A DNA stretch of 64,000 nt from Isurus oxyrinchus. Taxonomy: Eukaryota. Shown piece by piece: positions 24,622 to 38,329 of this stretch; position 1 is the stretch's first letter; every line of letters starts with the position of its first letter. The stretch spans positions 38,564,001 through 38,628,000 of the forward strand of contig JANJGN010000026.1 of assembly GCA_026770705.1 (NCBI GenBank), read 5' to 3'. Below the pieces are notes generated by a model. That model saw nothing but the letters and a program-made list of their open reading frames with translations. It was not told the DNA's origin and did not search any database. A program made the position numbers and the translations under genes.

Positions 24622-24701
24622 TCCGTTTAATGAATCTCATCTTAACTGATCTCAGAGAACACAGTCACGGTGCAAGTTGTCCAAACGCCGTTCTCACGAG
24701 G

Positions 24702-24955
24702 ACTCAGCACACAGTCAAACACGGCTCTGTCAGTGAGCTGCAGCCCAGCGAAAGCAGCAATATTATTGGGTGTTTCGAGAATGACGGAAATACGAACCTT
24801 AACGTATGTTCTTTCCATAGGAATGTGCCGAAATTATGAACGTGGCAGTCGTGTTCTGGTTCTGACAACAAAGCTGCACGAAATAGCTCAGTTTGGAAAT
24901 TGAATAGATACAATTGATGCTCATCGAGATTCTTCCGAGGTTTTGTGCTTCTGTT
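24702..24955 (-). pseudogene. V segment V8 (inverted, 5'-truncated by CR1)
   Basis: SMSINCIYSISKLSYFVQL and, in another frame, GLQLTDRAVFDCVLS. Degenerate RSS CCTCGTG-23-ACCGTGACT at 24701-24663. Confidence 0.7.
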
Positions 24956-27480
24956 ATAGGAGCAGAATCTGCTCCGCCATTCAAGCACGGCTGATAAGTT
25001 TCTCAGCTCCATTCTCCCGCCTTCTCCCCGTAACCTTTGATCCCCTTACCAATCAAGAACCAATCGATCTTGGTCTTAAATACGCTCAATGACCTGGCCT
25101 CCACAGCCTTCTGTGACAATGAATTCCATAGATTCACCACTCTCTGGCTAAAGAAGTTTCGCCTCATCTCTGTTATAAAATGTCTTCCCTTTACTCTGAT
25201 GCTGTGCCCTCGAGTCCTAGTCTCTCCTACTAATGGAAACATCTTCCCCATGTCCACTCTATCCAGGCCTTTCAGTATTCTGTAAGTTTTAATCAGATCC
25301 CCCCTTAGCCTTCTAAACTCCATCGAGTATAGACTCAGAGTCTTTCAAAAGTTCCTCATATGTTAAGTCTGTCAGTCCTCTGATCGTTCTCGTGAACCTC
25401 CTCTGGACCTTCTCCAGGGACAGAACATCCTTCCTGCGATACGGGGCCCAAAATTGCTCACAATATTCTAAATGTGGTCTAACCAGAGCCTTATAAAGCC
25501 TCAACAGCACATCCCTGCTTTTATATTCTAGTTCTCTCGAAATAAATGCCAATATTGCATTTGCCTTCCTAACTACCGACTCAACCTGCAAGTTAACCTT
25601 AAGAGAATCCTGGACTAGGACTCCCAAGTCCCTTTGCACTCCAGCTTTCTGAATTCTCTCCCCATTTAGAAAATAGCTTGTCGCTATTCTTCCCACTAAA
25701 GTGCATGACCTCACACTTGCCCTCGTTGTATTCCATCTGCCACTTCTTTGCCCGTTCTCCTAACCTGTCCAAATCCTTCTGCAGCCTCCCCGCCTCCTCA
25801 ATACTACCTGTCTCTCCACCTATCTTTGTATCATCTGAAAACTTAGCCAGAATGCCTTCGGTTCCTTCATCTAGATGATTAATGTATAATGTGAAAAGTT
25901 GTGGTCCCAACGCTGACCACTACCGAACTCCACTAGTCACCAGCTGCCATCCTGAGAAGGACTCCCTTATCCCCACTCTCTGCCTCCTGCCAGACAGCCA
26001 ATCTTCTATCCATGCTAGTACCTTGCCTCTAACACCATGGGCTCTTAGCTTACTGAGCAGCCTTCTGTGCGGCACCTTGTCAAAGGCCTTTTGGGAGCCC
26101 AAGTAGATAACATCCATTGGCTCTCCTTTGTCTAACCTACTCGTTACCTACTCAATGAATTCTAACAGATTTGTCAGGTATAACCTCCCCTTGATGAAAC
26201 CATGCTTACTTTGCCCTATTTTACCATGCACTTCCAAGTATTCTAAAATCTCATCCTTAATAACAGACTTTACAATCTTACCAACGACCGAGGTCAGGCT
26301 AATCGGTCTGTAATTTCCCGTCTTTTGCCTCACTCCCTTCTTAAACAGGATGGTTACATTAGCGATTTTCCAGTGCTCTGGGACCCTCCCTGACTCCAGT
26401 GATTCCTGAAAGATCACCACTAATGCCTTCACTATCTCTTCAGCTATCTCCTTCAGAACCCTGGGGTGTAATCCATCTGGTCCAGGTGACTTATCCACCT
26501 TCAGACCTTGCAGTTTTCCTAGCAACTTCTCCTTGGTAATGGCCATAATCACCTCTGCCCCCCGACTCTCTTGAACATTGGGGATGTTACTTGTGTCTTC
26601 CACCGTGAAGACTGACGCAAAGTACCTATTCAGTTCCTCCGTCATTTCTTTGTTCCCCATTACTACTTCTCCAGCGTCATTTTCCAACGGCCCAATGTCC
26701 ATTTTTGCCTCTCTCTTACCCTTTATATATCTAAAAAAAACTCTTGCAATCTTCTTTTATATTACTGGCTAGTTTAACCTCATATTTAATCTTCACCCTC
26801 CTTATTTCTCTTTTAGTTGTCCTCTGTTAGTCTTTGTAGGCTTCCCAATCCCCTGGTTTCCCACTGCTCTTCGCTGCATTGTATGCTTTCTCTTTAGCTT
26901 TTATGCTGTCCCTGACTTCCCTTGTCAGCCATGGTTGCCTCTTCCTCCCTTTCGTATGCTTCTTCTTCCTCGGGATGGAGTTTTGCTGTGTCTCCCTAAT
27001 TACTCCCAGAAACTCCTACCATTGCTGTTCCATTGTCTTTCCTGCTAGGCTCATCTCTCAATCAATTCTGGCCAGCTCCTCCCTCATGCCTCTGTAGTTG
27101 CCTTTATTCAACTGTAATACCGTTACATCTGATTCCAGCTTTTTCCTCTCAAATTTCAGGGTAGATTCTAGCATTTTATGGTCACTTCCTCCTAAGGGTT
27201 CCTTCACCTTAAGCTCCCTTTTCAAATCTGCCTCATTACACATCACTAAATCTAGAATTGCCTGTTCCCTAGTGGGCTCCACCACAAAGCCATCTCGTAG
27301 ACATTCCACAAATTCCTTTTCTTGGGAGCCACTACCAGCCTGATTTTCCCAGTCTGCCTGCATATTGAAACTCCCCATGATCACTGTAACCTTGTCTTTC
27401 TTACAGGCCTTTTCTATCTCCTGGTGTATCTTGTGCCCCACATCCTGACTACTGTTCGGCAGCCTGTACATAACTCCCAT
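24956..27480 (-). mobile_element. CR1 LINE (ORF2 endonuclease-RT to 3' end, frameshifted)
   Basis: KVDKSPGPDGLHP, NYRPISLTSVVGK, KAFDKVPH, KFSDDTKIG, LVRPHLEYC, NLWNSL. Confidence 0.95.
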
Positions 27481-27487
27481 TATGTAG

Positions 27488-27517
27488 ATGGACAGATAGA
27501 TAGATAGATTGATAGAT

Positions 27518-27562
<45 letters not shown>

Positions 27563-27720
27563 TGTTTGCTTGGATGCAGTAATGATGGAATGAATGGATA
27601 GTTGGATAAATTAATGCTTTTTTAAGGACCAATGATTGCTTCGATGGATGGACGGACGGACGGACGGACGGACGGACGGACGGACGGACGGACGGACGGA
27701 CGGATGACTGGATGGATGAA
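27488..27720. repeat. (GATA)n and (GGAC)n microsatellites
   Basis: Direct reading at about 27495-27562 and about 27648-27705. Confidence 0.95.
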
Positions 27721-28299
27721 CCGATTTAAAAATGCTGTTCCACTTTTTCAGCTTTATGATTGATTACTTCATAACTTGCCAGAGGTCCTTTATTCAATTT
27801 GTGTCGGTCTGGTACTTTCAGCCCTTCCTGATTTCCTGGATCATTTCAATACCCTGGCTGTCAAGAACTGACGAGCTGAATGTCAACAAGTGTAATCTCG
27901 AGATACGCTTGTGGTACCGATGATCCTTCTCTAGAGATGGTTACTTTTCATTTGAAAGATAGAACACGTTCTCATGACGGATGAGAAAGGAGGATTGTAA
28001 TATTTGCAACATGCGGTCTTTTCAATGACAACAAAGCACACAATGTATCCTCGTCCAAATTACTTCAATCACAATGGAAATATAGCAGACCATTGGATAG
28101 GTTTTTTTTACATTTCCCTGTTAATTTCTTGCTGCTCTGTGATACTGGTGCAGTCACACCATTCTACACAGCACGGTGGGGCGGTGGGGGGTGGGGGGCG
28201 GGGTGGTGGTGTTGGTGGCGGTGGTGGGGGGGAGTACTTGAACTATGACATTTTTCCGGCAATATATTCATTGAAACTCATTGTTGGAATGGACTATAT

Positions 28300-30110
28300 C
28301 TGATGGGTACTGCACATTGTTGTCTCAAGTTCAAAGGTTCTTAACTCCTTTAACCACATTCCCCAGAGGCTTTCCATTCAGTGCATTCATGCAGGGAATC
28401 GATTCTTCTCTTGTTCGATGGGTGAGGTCAGCACTTCAATTAGATATTCTCATGGTCACCATGATGGAGATTTCTGGTTACAGTGGACATCAGCCGGACA
28501 GGTCTGAGTTGATGAAGTAGCTGAAGTGATTTGAATCACAGTTTCGAACATTAATAGAGGGACAATGCTCTAGTCCAAACTTCTCCTTTTCACACGGTTG
28601 CACTTGTGTTGTAAGATGTGTTTATGGAAGGAAATATCTGATGTAACGATACAAAGCCTTCAACAAAAATTCAATGTGGGAATATTCAGTAATTACCTTT
28701 CCACACATATTTCTGCTCTGAATTTATACTTTGACACCATTTTGAATGTTTGAAGGGTTTTGCAGTCATACATGGGATGTGGGCGTCGCTGGATGGGTCA
28801 GAATTTATTGCCCATCCCTAGTTGATCTTTGAAGGTGGTGGTGATATGCCTTCTTGAACCGCTGAATTCCATGTGGTATAGGTACAACCACAGTACTGTT
28901 AGGGAGGAAGATCCAGGATTTTCGCCCAGCAATAGTGAAGGAGCGGCGATATATTTCCAAGTCAGGATGATGAGTGACTTGAAGGGGAACATCCATGTGG
29001 TGGTGTTCCCATATATCTGCTGTCCTTGTCCTTCTAGATGGTAGTGGTCATAGGTTTGGAAGGTGCTGTCTAAGGAGCCTTGGTAAATCCCTGCAGTATA
29101 TCTTGTGGATGGTACACACTGCTGTTGCTGTGCCTCGGTGGTGGAGGGAGCAAATGATTGTGGATGGGGTCCCAATCAATTGGACTGCTTTGTCCTGGAT
29201 GACCTCAAGCTTCTTGAGTGTTGTTGGACCTGCACCAATAAGTGCAGCAAAATGAATTATTAACATTATCATTGATATAACAATGAACATTATATTGGTG
29301 AAACATTTTTCGGTAAACGGCACTGCATTACTTGATACATGATTGATCTTCCCTTATTGTGCAAGAGGATCTCTCCCACTACCTAGGACTATTAATCTGC
29401 TCGCTGCACACTGATTTTCATGTTCAATGCACCACCATCAGATGTAACCTTCTGTGCTTCAGCTAACTGAAACAGTAATAGGTGAATGGAGAGACAGTTA
29501 CAGATCCATAGGTATTCCCAGGCTTTCATATTGCAAAACAAATTATATTTCTGAATATTTTCCGCCTTTGATCGTTTTTAAGAAACATTAGATGTGTCTC
29601 ATTCCAACAATGGTTTGATCTATTGATAGTCCCAAACCTTCAACTTTCCCATACAACCAATTTCTTGCAACTGAATGATGTCTCTCACTATCTGAATGTC
29701 TCCGAATTCTTTCACCACTCTTACGCGATCGATGTTTCACAATCCATTAATGATCTCCAATTGTGTAACGATTCAAGGTCCAGTGAGTATCACTTTATTT
29801 CAGGAAGTGACCTAGTTTGTCCAGAAATCCTTTCAATTCCTGTGAAGTTCAGGCTAACCTACAAAATGGTTCGAGCTTAAGTACCATTCACACAATAGAA
29901 GAGCTCTTTTGTTGTCAGATTCAAGGTCACACTCACCGTCAGTGCCTGTACGACCGGCGGGAGTCTACAATAGGTTTTGGGGTACAGAAGAGGCCCGGGT
30001 TCAGTCACGTTTAACAATGTATCTATATTGAATGTTGAGCCATTGGATGTCTGAATTTCTATTTATTGATGCCCTCTTGATCTATATATTCATTCATAAT
30101 GAACCCTGGC
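28300..30110 (+). pseudogene. Heavily decayed LRR-receptor (TLR-like) gene relic, split by a LINE fragment at about 28770-29240
   Basis: Scattered LRR-like peptides in changing frames: FLVTVDISRTGL (28471), RLSYCKTNYISEYFPP (29520), ETLDVSHSNN (29582), AIDVSQSIN, then LRR-CT-like LSRNPFNS-CE (29817). Confidence 0.4.
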
Positions 30111-30113
30111 TAT

Positions 30114-30420
30114 CAGCTGTGGTTCAGTTGGTAGCATTTTCCCCCTTTGACATTAAACTGAGACCATCTTCCCTCTCAGGTCGATGTAAAATATCCCATG
30201 GTGCTATCCTGGCTGGAAATGCAGGGGAGTTGTCCCAGGTTTCTAAGCAAATATTTACCAGTCAATAAACATAACAAAAGTCTATGTGATCATTATCGCA
30301 CTGCTGCTTGTGGGAGCTTGCTGTGCGCACATTGGCTGCCGCCTTTCCTACATTACAACTGTGAATACACTTCGGAAGTAAATTTGGCTGTAAAACACTC
30401 AGAGACATCCGGTGATCGTG
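30114..30420 (+). mobile_element. Deu-domain SINE (SacSINE1/AmnSINE1-like)
   Basis: tRNA-like head GGTTCAGTTGGTAGCA and the block TGTGGGAGCTTGCTGTGCGCACATTGGCTGCC. Related fragments near 59050-59250 and 60860-61030. Confidence 0.6.
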
Positions 30421-31779
30421 AACTCATTTTTTTGAACTCTAGTTGTAAAATAAAAAGTTTTGGATCGAGGAAGTAATTCATAGCCTTCTAGGATGCGCCT
30501 GCACACGAGGCTGGGAAGGAGGTCATTCAGCTGCTCAGGGCTGTACCAGCATTTACGGACACTGTCAAATTTACCTCATTCGCTCTCACTCCCACGACCA
30601 TTCCCACCCCCACCGCTCCCCCACTCGCCCCCACCCCCCCCGCCCCCTCCCCCCCCACCCCCGGCCCACCCACCCCCATGCTGTTTCTCCATTCCATCGC
30701 CCTGCATTTTATTTCATTGGAGACCATGTCTCCGCTGATAATGGATTAGACCCTGTCCAGTTGTCCCAATTTTATTACTCTGGAGCATGAGGCCTTTTAT
30801 ATTATGTAAAGATGTTTTCAACTATGACGTCACGAGATAATACCCGAGGATATTGGAAGACGTTAGGGCGGAAATAATGAATGCAACAAAGTAAGACGGA
30901 ATAACGTGACAACAGAAATAGGGTGAAACTTGCTGGAGAGAAGCAAGTGTTTCATTCCTTTCCAAGCAAGGGGAATAATAAATCAGGACTTAAAGGCCGA
31001 GTAAGTTCAGGTCAGATATAGGTAGATTTATTTTTTGCAGTCAGTTGCCCGAATTATCACACCCTCGACGTTTATATCAGGAGCTTCTGTTTAATGCTGC
31101 GATGATCACGTAACAATGAAACGCAGAGAATAATTCGAATAATTTAGTCCCAGTTCCAACTGATTAATAAGGACAGAGGTGTTCTCTTCTGAGGGAATGC
31201 TCAATGTCTTCTAAATCAATGTTAACGAAAGTAAATTAACAGCAATTACATTTTGCATAAAATAAAACCTTGAACATAATATGTGAAAATAATTATTTAT
31301 TTTGTGGATATCATTTGTAAACAATATATGTTGATACACGCGTACACACACCGATACACAGACCAACATACAGATACGCACACACAGACACGCAGACACG
31401 TACACACACACACACACACACACACATTTCAACTTGAGATCCTATCTTGGTTACCTCGGAGGCTCTGCAGCACCTGAAGAATCGGGGTAAATCACCGACA
31501 TCATATTTCAGTCGGTACCATGATCCAATAATCTCTGCCCACGACGCATATGTTGAGTTGGACATTAAAGCGCCCATGGTCCCCGCATTGTACTCGGGTC
31601 CACATTCTTCGCTTCAACCAAGATCATCAAGAAGTAATTCATAGGACTGAGACACTTTGCTCTTTTGCTAGCATTAAAGTGCGTAAATCAGCCACGTTAA
31701 TCTGCAATAGTTGCACCTTAAATTTTGGAACTTCCGACAGGAAGTAATGAGCTGACACATCAGTAGAAGTAGTTTCTTG

Positions 31780-33065
31780 ATACATTAAGCCAGCATGGAC
31801 GGGTAAAGGGTAAATCATGTTTAATTAACTTTCTTGAGTTTTTTGACGACAGAGCAGAAATGGTTGATGACGCCAATGCTGTTGACGTGGTTTACATGGA
31901 CTTCCAAAAGACATTTGATGAATTACCGCACAACAGGCTTGTGAGTAAAGTTGAAGCTCACTGGAATAAAATGGACGCTCACATCATGGTTAGGGAACTG
32001 GCTGAGTGCCAGGAAACAAAGCATAGTTTTGAACGGTCAATTTTCGGTCTCGGTGATGGATTATAACGAAGGTCCCCAGAGATCAGTGCTAGAACGCCTG
32101 CTTTTCATGATATTTATTATTGAACAGTGCTTTGGTGTACAGGGCACAATTCAAAAATATACGGACGATGCGAAATGTGGAAGGATTGTGAGCCATGAGG
32201 AGGACAGTGGAGAATCTCAAAACGACATAGAGAGGTTGATGGAAAGGGCGGACAAGTAACAGATGAAATTTGACGCCGAGAAGGTGAGAAGTGGTTCATT
32301 TTGGCAGGAAGAATGCAGAGGGACAATATAAAGGAAAGAATACGAATCCAAAAAGGCTGCAGGAGCAGAGGCTCTTTATATGTCTAAATCATTGAAGGTG
32401 GCAGGACAAGTAGAGAAAGGGATTAATAAAGCAGACAGAATCCTGGACTTTACCAGTAGGGGAAAAGTGTATAAAAGCAAGGAGGCTAAGTTAAACGTGT
32501 GTGACACACTGGCTGGGCCTCAACTGGAGAATTGTATCCAATTCTGGGCACCACACATTAGGAAGAATTTGAAGGCATGAGAGAGGGCACAGGAAAGATT
32601 TATGGAAAATGTTCCAGGGATGAGGAGCTCCAGCTATGTATAAAGAGTGGAGAAGTTGACTTCAATTTCCGTGGAGAAGAGAGAGTGTGGGGGAGATTTG
32701 ATAGAGGTATTAAAAAGCATTAGGGCTCTGGACAGACTAGATAGGGAGAGATTGTTCCCATTGGTGGAAGGATTGAGAACCAGTGGGCACAGGATTAAAG
32801 TAACATGGGGAAGAAGCAGTGGAGTCAAGGGGAAAAACGCCTTCACACAGTGAGTGGTTAGGATCTGGAATGCGCTGCCTGACAGTGTAGTGGATTAAGG
32901 GACAATTGATGCTTTCAAAAGGAAATTGGATCATTATCTGAAAAGGGGGGAAAACGCTGGAGTACAGAAAAATCAGTGGCACTAGGTCAATTGCTCCTTC
33001 AGAGGTGCAGCACGGACACGACTGGCCGACTGACATCCTTCTGTGCTGTAAGAATTCTATGATTC
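31780..33065 (+). mobile_element. CR1 LINE 3' portion
   Basis: YMDFQKTFD, KYTDDAK, PQLENCIQFWAP, TTCTATGA tail. Confidence 0.9.
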
Positions 33066-33132
33066 TATCATTAACATCAGAAGCAGTAACTGAAATCGAT
33101 ATTTCCACAGCATCAGCAATAGCAGAGTCTGT

Positions 33133-33146
33133 CCAGTAGATGGCAG
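33133..33146 (+). promoter_or_regulatory. Consensus CTCF motif at satellite edge
   Basis: CCAGTAGATGGCAG. Confidence 0.65.
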
Positions 33147-33179
33147 TGTAACAGTGATTGCTGACACAATATGAAACAG

Positions 33180-35280
33180 GCACTGTCTGAATCATTTCTG
33201 CACTGAACCCCATCCCTGTTCTTATTAAACTTGACCCTGTGTCTGGATAAAATACACTAAGTCATGTATCTCAGTTGTTTCTGTAATAGGCTCAATCTCA
33301 GTTGTTAATATGCAGGACAAAGGCCATTTTACACTAGACATTAGAGTCATAGAGACCTACAGTACAGAAAAGGCCCTTCGGACCATCGAGCCTGCGCCGG
33401 TCAGACAAGTACCTAAATATTCTAATCCCATTTTCCAGCACTAGGCCCATAGCCTTGTATGCCATGGCATCACAAGTGCACATCCAAATACTTCTTAAAT
33501 GTTATAAGGGTTTCTGCCTCTACCACCCTTTCAGGCAGTGAGTTCTAGATTACCACCACCCTCTGGGCGAAAAGATTCCTCCTCACATCCCCGCTAAACC
33601 TCCTGCCCCTTACCTTAAATCTATGCCCCCTGGTTATTGATCCCTCCACCAAGGGGAAAAGTTCCTTCCTGCCTACCCTAAATATGCCCCTCATAATTTT
33701 ATACACCTCAGTCATGTCCCCCTTCAATCTCCTCTGCTCCAGGGAAAATAGCCACAGTCTATCCAATCTGTCCTCATAACTAAAACTCTCCAACCAAGGC
33801 AACACGCTGGTAAATCTCCTCTGCACTCTCTCTAGTGCGATCACACCCTTCCTACAATGCAGATACCAGAACTGCATGCAATACTCTAGCTGTGGCTTAA
33901 CCAGTGTTTTGTACAGTTCCAGCATAACCTCCCTGCTCTTATACTATATGTCTCGTCTAATAAAGGCAAGTACCCCATATGCCTCCTTATAAATATACAT
34001 TCCCTCAGTTATCACTGCATTAAACCATGTCTTGGATAATATGATAATCGTCCATATCTCAGTTGTTACTGCACTAGTAATTGTCTCTGCGTATACGAAA
34101 CCAGAACATGTTCCTGTTTGCATGGCACGAGGCTCTGTCTCGGTTTATATTAGACAAGGTCCCGAATCAGATAAAACTGCAGTAGACCCCGTGACAGTTT
34201 CCTTCCACTAGATCCTGCCTCAGTTATTACTGAACTAGATCATGTCACTGTTCATACTACACAAGGCCCTATCTGTTTTATTTCTGGACTCGGCACTGCC
34301 CCAATTTTTATTCCATTAGAGCATGTCCCTTTTTATATTACACTAAATCACGTCTTTGCTTATATTCTGCTAGACCCTATCTCAGTTTCTATTACACTGG
34401 ACCCTGTTTCAATTTTATATTACATTAGACCTCGTCTCAGTTTATACTACACTGGAGCCAGTCTCGGTTTAAATTACACAACAGCCCATCTCTCTTTATA
34501 TTACACTAGACCCTGTCTCAGTTTATATTACACTAGACCCTATCTCAGTTTATATTACACTGGACATTATCTCTGCTTATAGGAAAATAGACACTGTCTT
34601 TGTTATTTCTGTGCAGACCATGTCTCTGTTTATATTACAGAAGACAAAGTCTGTTATTACTGCAGTAAACCCTGCCTCAATAATTGCTGATACTAAGCCC
34701 AGTCTCGGTTTATATTACTGTACATGCTGCATCAATAATTGGTGCACTCGGCCCTGTCTCAGTGTTACTGCATCACATCCTGACTTTGTTTATGTTGAAA
34801 TAGATTATGTCTATGATAATATTACACCAGTTCCTGCCTCAGTTATTTCAGTGCTAGGCCTCGTCTCAGTTCCTGAATTCGGTCGTGGCTCTGGTTGTAT
34901 TACATACAGTAAGGACACAGTTATTACTTCTCTGGACCCAATGTCCATATGTGCAACGCTAAATCCTGTCTTAGCTGTTGCTGTGTTAGTCCGTACATCT
35001 TATATTACATTCGCCTTGTCTCTGTTTTTACTTCACTAGATCATGTTTTTGTTTATCTTTCATTGGAGGCAGTCTCAGTTATCACTGCAACGGACTCTGT
35101 CTAGGATGTTATTAATCCATGTCCCGGATCAATCATTACTGTTATCACCTCGAGAGAGGATTGATATCAGTTGATATTAACCCAGATCCTTATTCAGTGA
35201 TCAGTGCGCTAACCCTTCCTCAGTTATTACCACACAAGGCATGCCTCTGTTATTACTGCATGGGTCTATGTCTCTGTGAG
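33180..35280 (+). repeat. 27-bp-unit satellite, left (diverged) arm, interrupted by a CR1
   Basis: Units such as CTAGACCCTGTCTCAGTTTATATTACA; reverse complement of the 42780-48310 array. Confidence 0.85.
33345..33990 (-). mobile_element. CR1 3' fragment
   Basis: ORF 33545-33925 LYKTLVKPQLEYC..RRLKGD. Confidence 0.9.
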
Positions 35281-37354
35281 TTGGAGAGATAATGTTGCAC
35301 ATAAAGATGTTGAGGTGGGAATTGTTCTTTGCCGTTGTCCTAAAACGGGCGGCTTGGATGGCCCATTCCTTGCAGTACCTGACAGTTAGTTCATTTAGTT
35401 TCAAGTCAAAGAAATGATATATCCGATAAGGGCAGTTATGTGTGTTGTGTGCAAAAAAAAAAATTCATGCCTCTTGCATATGCCGCCATTTCTCAAAGAT
35501 AAATGATGATCTTCAGCAGACTATTTCAGCATTTAGGTTTTTTTTTACTCAAACTGTAGCTGCAGATGATTTAATACTCTAAATGTTTATTGATAGCATG
35601 TTTCATTGTGTACTTTTGTTTAGAAAGTAATGTCACACTGACCTTTTCGTTACTAAAACAGACACTTTTATCACGAGACTCAGAATGTCCATTCTCTCTC
35701 TGTCTGAGGCAGCATCTAACTCACTGAACCTCCTCTCTCTCTCTTTTTCTCTCTCTCTCTCTCTCCACCCACCACATTACACCCATCCCCAATACCCCCG
35801 CTGTCTTTCTCTCTCTCCCTCTCTCCCTCTCTCTCTCTCTGAGAGTCCCGTATTTATTCTGAATCTCCAATTATCTAATAACACTCTTTGGAGAAAGTCT
35901 TTTTTTTAGTAATTTCCCTTCATTTCTCCCAGTGATATCCTTCAGTCCATTCACGCCTTCAGTGATTGTGTTCAAATCCAAAACAATGCACTTATTTGAG
36001 TTGTAGATTGTTTATTACTGTGACTATTTATTGATAGCCATTCTATTGTGCGCTGTTGTTTATGAAATGATGCCAGACTCATTATTTCATTTCTAAGGTA
36101 GGTTTACCTGTACCCGATGATCATTTGGAAAGCGGATTAAATCACATCGAGAATAACCTGCAGTTTGTGATGATTTGTGCAAGTGATTGCAAAAATCAAA
36201 CTTTACCTACAGCTGACATGAGATTCACACACCTGTAATTCTCCGATGTATTATTCCTGTTGATGGGAAGGTTTGAAACCTTAAAAGAATTCAAGATTGG
36301 TTCCTCGTAGCTGTCAGATCCGGGCTTTGTGAGTCTGTGCAAGTGAGTTAAGTGAAGTCTGAGAAAGAGAAGAGAGGTTAATTGATTTCGGTGTAGTCTG
36401 AGACAGAGGAAGAAAGGGGAAAAGTTCAGTGAGTCTTTTGAAAGATTGATTTGCCTTGACAACGGAATTTCCAGCTTGACATTACTTTCCAGAGCACGCA
36501 AGACAATGAATTACCGACAAATATTTACGGCAGCATAAGCAGCATATAGATATATTCTCACTAAACTATCGTAACGTGCTGAAAAATAATTGTAATGTCT
36601 TTTGCAAGCAATGAAAGATGATGTGTTCCAGACGCACCTGCACCCGCAACCACACATACAGCTGCACACATTCACACACACAGACACGCACACACAGAAA
36701 AAAACACAAACACACAAACACACAAGCACACAGGCACACACACAGTGACACAAACATATGCACACACACACACACCTTTCACACACAGGTTATTAGGAGC
36801 CTGCGGCTGCCCATTCGCTTGAGGATGAGGTTTCAGGCCCCGTCTCTCACAATCAGTGGCCACTCCAAAAGCAAACAGAAATTCCTATTGGAAAAGTGAA
36901 AAGAAATCTGAAAATTAAAGAAAACTGAAAAATTGCCACTGATCAACTCAAGTATGAATTAGCCATCTCTAACACAATGCAGTTTGTGACCAAAGCTGTG
37001 CAATGTGCAGTGCAATGTGGTTCACCTTTATTTCTGTTCATCAATCTCATTGGTAAAGAGAATGTTACAAGATTCACCCCAACGTTTCAACACAAACATT
37101 ACACATATGATACTGGTGCAATTAGAAATTCCACACAACACCTAATAGTTATTAACAAGACTAAATGTATTCCTCCAACCCCTTTTTATGTGCAGGATAA
37201 TATAACATTTTTAAAATTAATGCCCATCTGTCCATCTGGCTCTCTCTCTAGCTCTATCTAGTTAGCAGAGACTTTTCATAGTGCAGCAATAACTGAGATT
37301 CTGTCTAGTGTACTAATAAATGGGATAGGTCCTCTATAATATAAGGTGAGGCAT

Positions 37355-38290
37355 AGAAGAGTTTAAAGAATAGTCTGGCTAAGTTTGCAGATGATACAAA
37401 GATAGGTGGAGGGACAGGTAGTATTGAAGAGGCGGGGAGGCTACAGAAGGATTTGGGCAGGTAAGGAGAATGGGCAAAGAAGTGGCAGATGGAATACAAT
37501 GTGGGGAAGTGTGAGGTCATGCAATTTGGTAGGAAGAATAGAGGCATAGACTATTTTCTAAATGGGGAGAGAATTCAGAAACTTAGAGTGCAAAGGGACT
37601 TGGTATTCCTTACTTGGTATTACAGGATACTCTTTAGGTTAACTTGCAGGTTGAGTCGGTATTTAGGAAGGCAAATGCAATGTTGGCATTTATTTCGAGA
37701 GGACTAGAATATAAAAGCAGGGAAGTGCTGCTGAGGATTTATAAGACTCTGGTCAGACCACACTTAGAATATTGTGAGCAATTTTGGACCCCGTATCTCA
37801 GGCCTTGGAGATGGTCCAGAGGAGGTCCACGAGAACTATCCCAGAAATTAAACGCTTAACATATGAGGAATGTTTGAGACTCTGAGTCTATACTCGATGG
37901 AGTTTAGAAGAATGAGGGGGGAATCTTATTGAAACTTACAGAATACTGAAAGGCCTGGGGGACGTGGGGAAGATGTTTCAATTTGTTGGAGAGACTAGGA
38001 CCCTAGGGCACAGCCTCAGAGTAAAGGGAAGACCTTTTATAACAGAGATGAGGAGGAACTTCTTTAGCCAGAGAGTGGCGAATCTATGGAATTCATTGCC
38101 ACAAAAGGCTGTGGAGGCCAGGTCATTGAGTGTATTTAAGACCGAGATAGATAGGTTCTTGACTGGTAAGGGGATCAAAGGTTACGGGGAGAAGGCGGGA
38201 GAATGGGGTTGAGAAACTTATCAGCCGTGATTGAATGGCGGAGCAGACTCGATGGGCCGATTGGCCTAATTTCTGCTCTTATGGTCTAAG
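37355..38290 (+). mobile_element. CR1 3' fragment (closely similar to the 24956-27480 copy)
   Basis: KFADDTKIG..LVRPHLEYCEQFW..NLWNSLPQKAVEARSL. Confidence 0.92.
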
Positions 38291-38329
38291 AGTACAGTAA
38301 TGAATGAAGCAGCCTAATACAGTAATATC

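Noticed and set aside
27822-28077. Possible ninth V relic (..KCNLEIRLWYR*, CACAATG at 28039)
   Set aside because: Too short for a V exon, with no recognisable FR3 and a poor nonamer; cannot be supported by eye.
30590-30680. Polyproline ORF 30493-30738
   Set aside because: Translation of a low-complexity C-rich tract.
30825-30832. Perfect CRE TGACGTCA
   Set aside because: No leader or V exon nearby; an isolated 8-mer is uninformative.
36511-36899. Cys/Val- and His/Thr-rich ORFs (also 31211-31477 and 11492-11802)
   Set aside because: Translations of (CA)n-like microsatellites.
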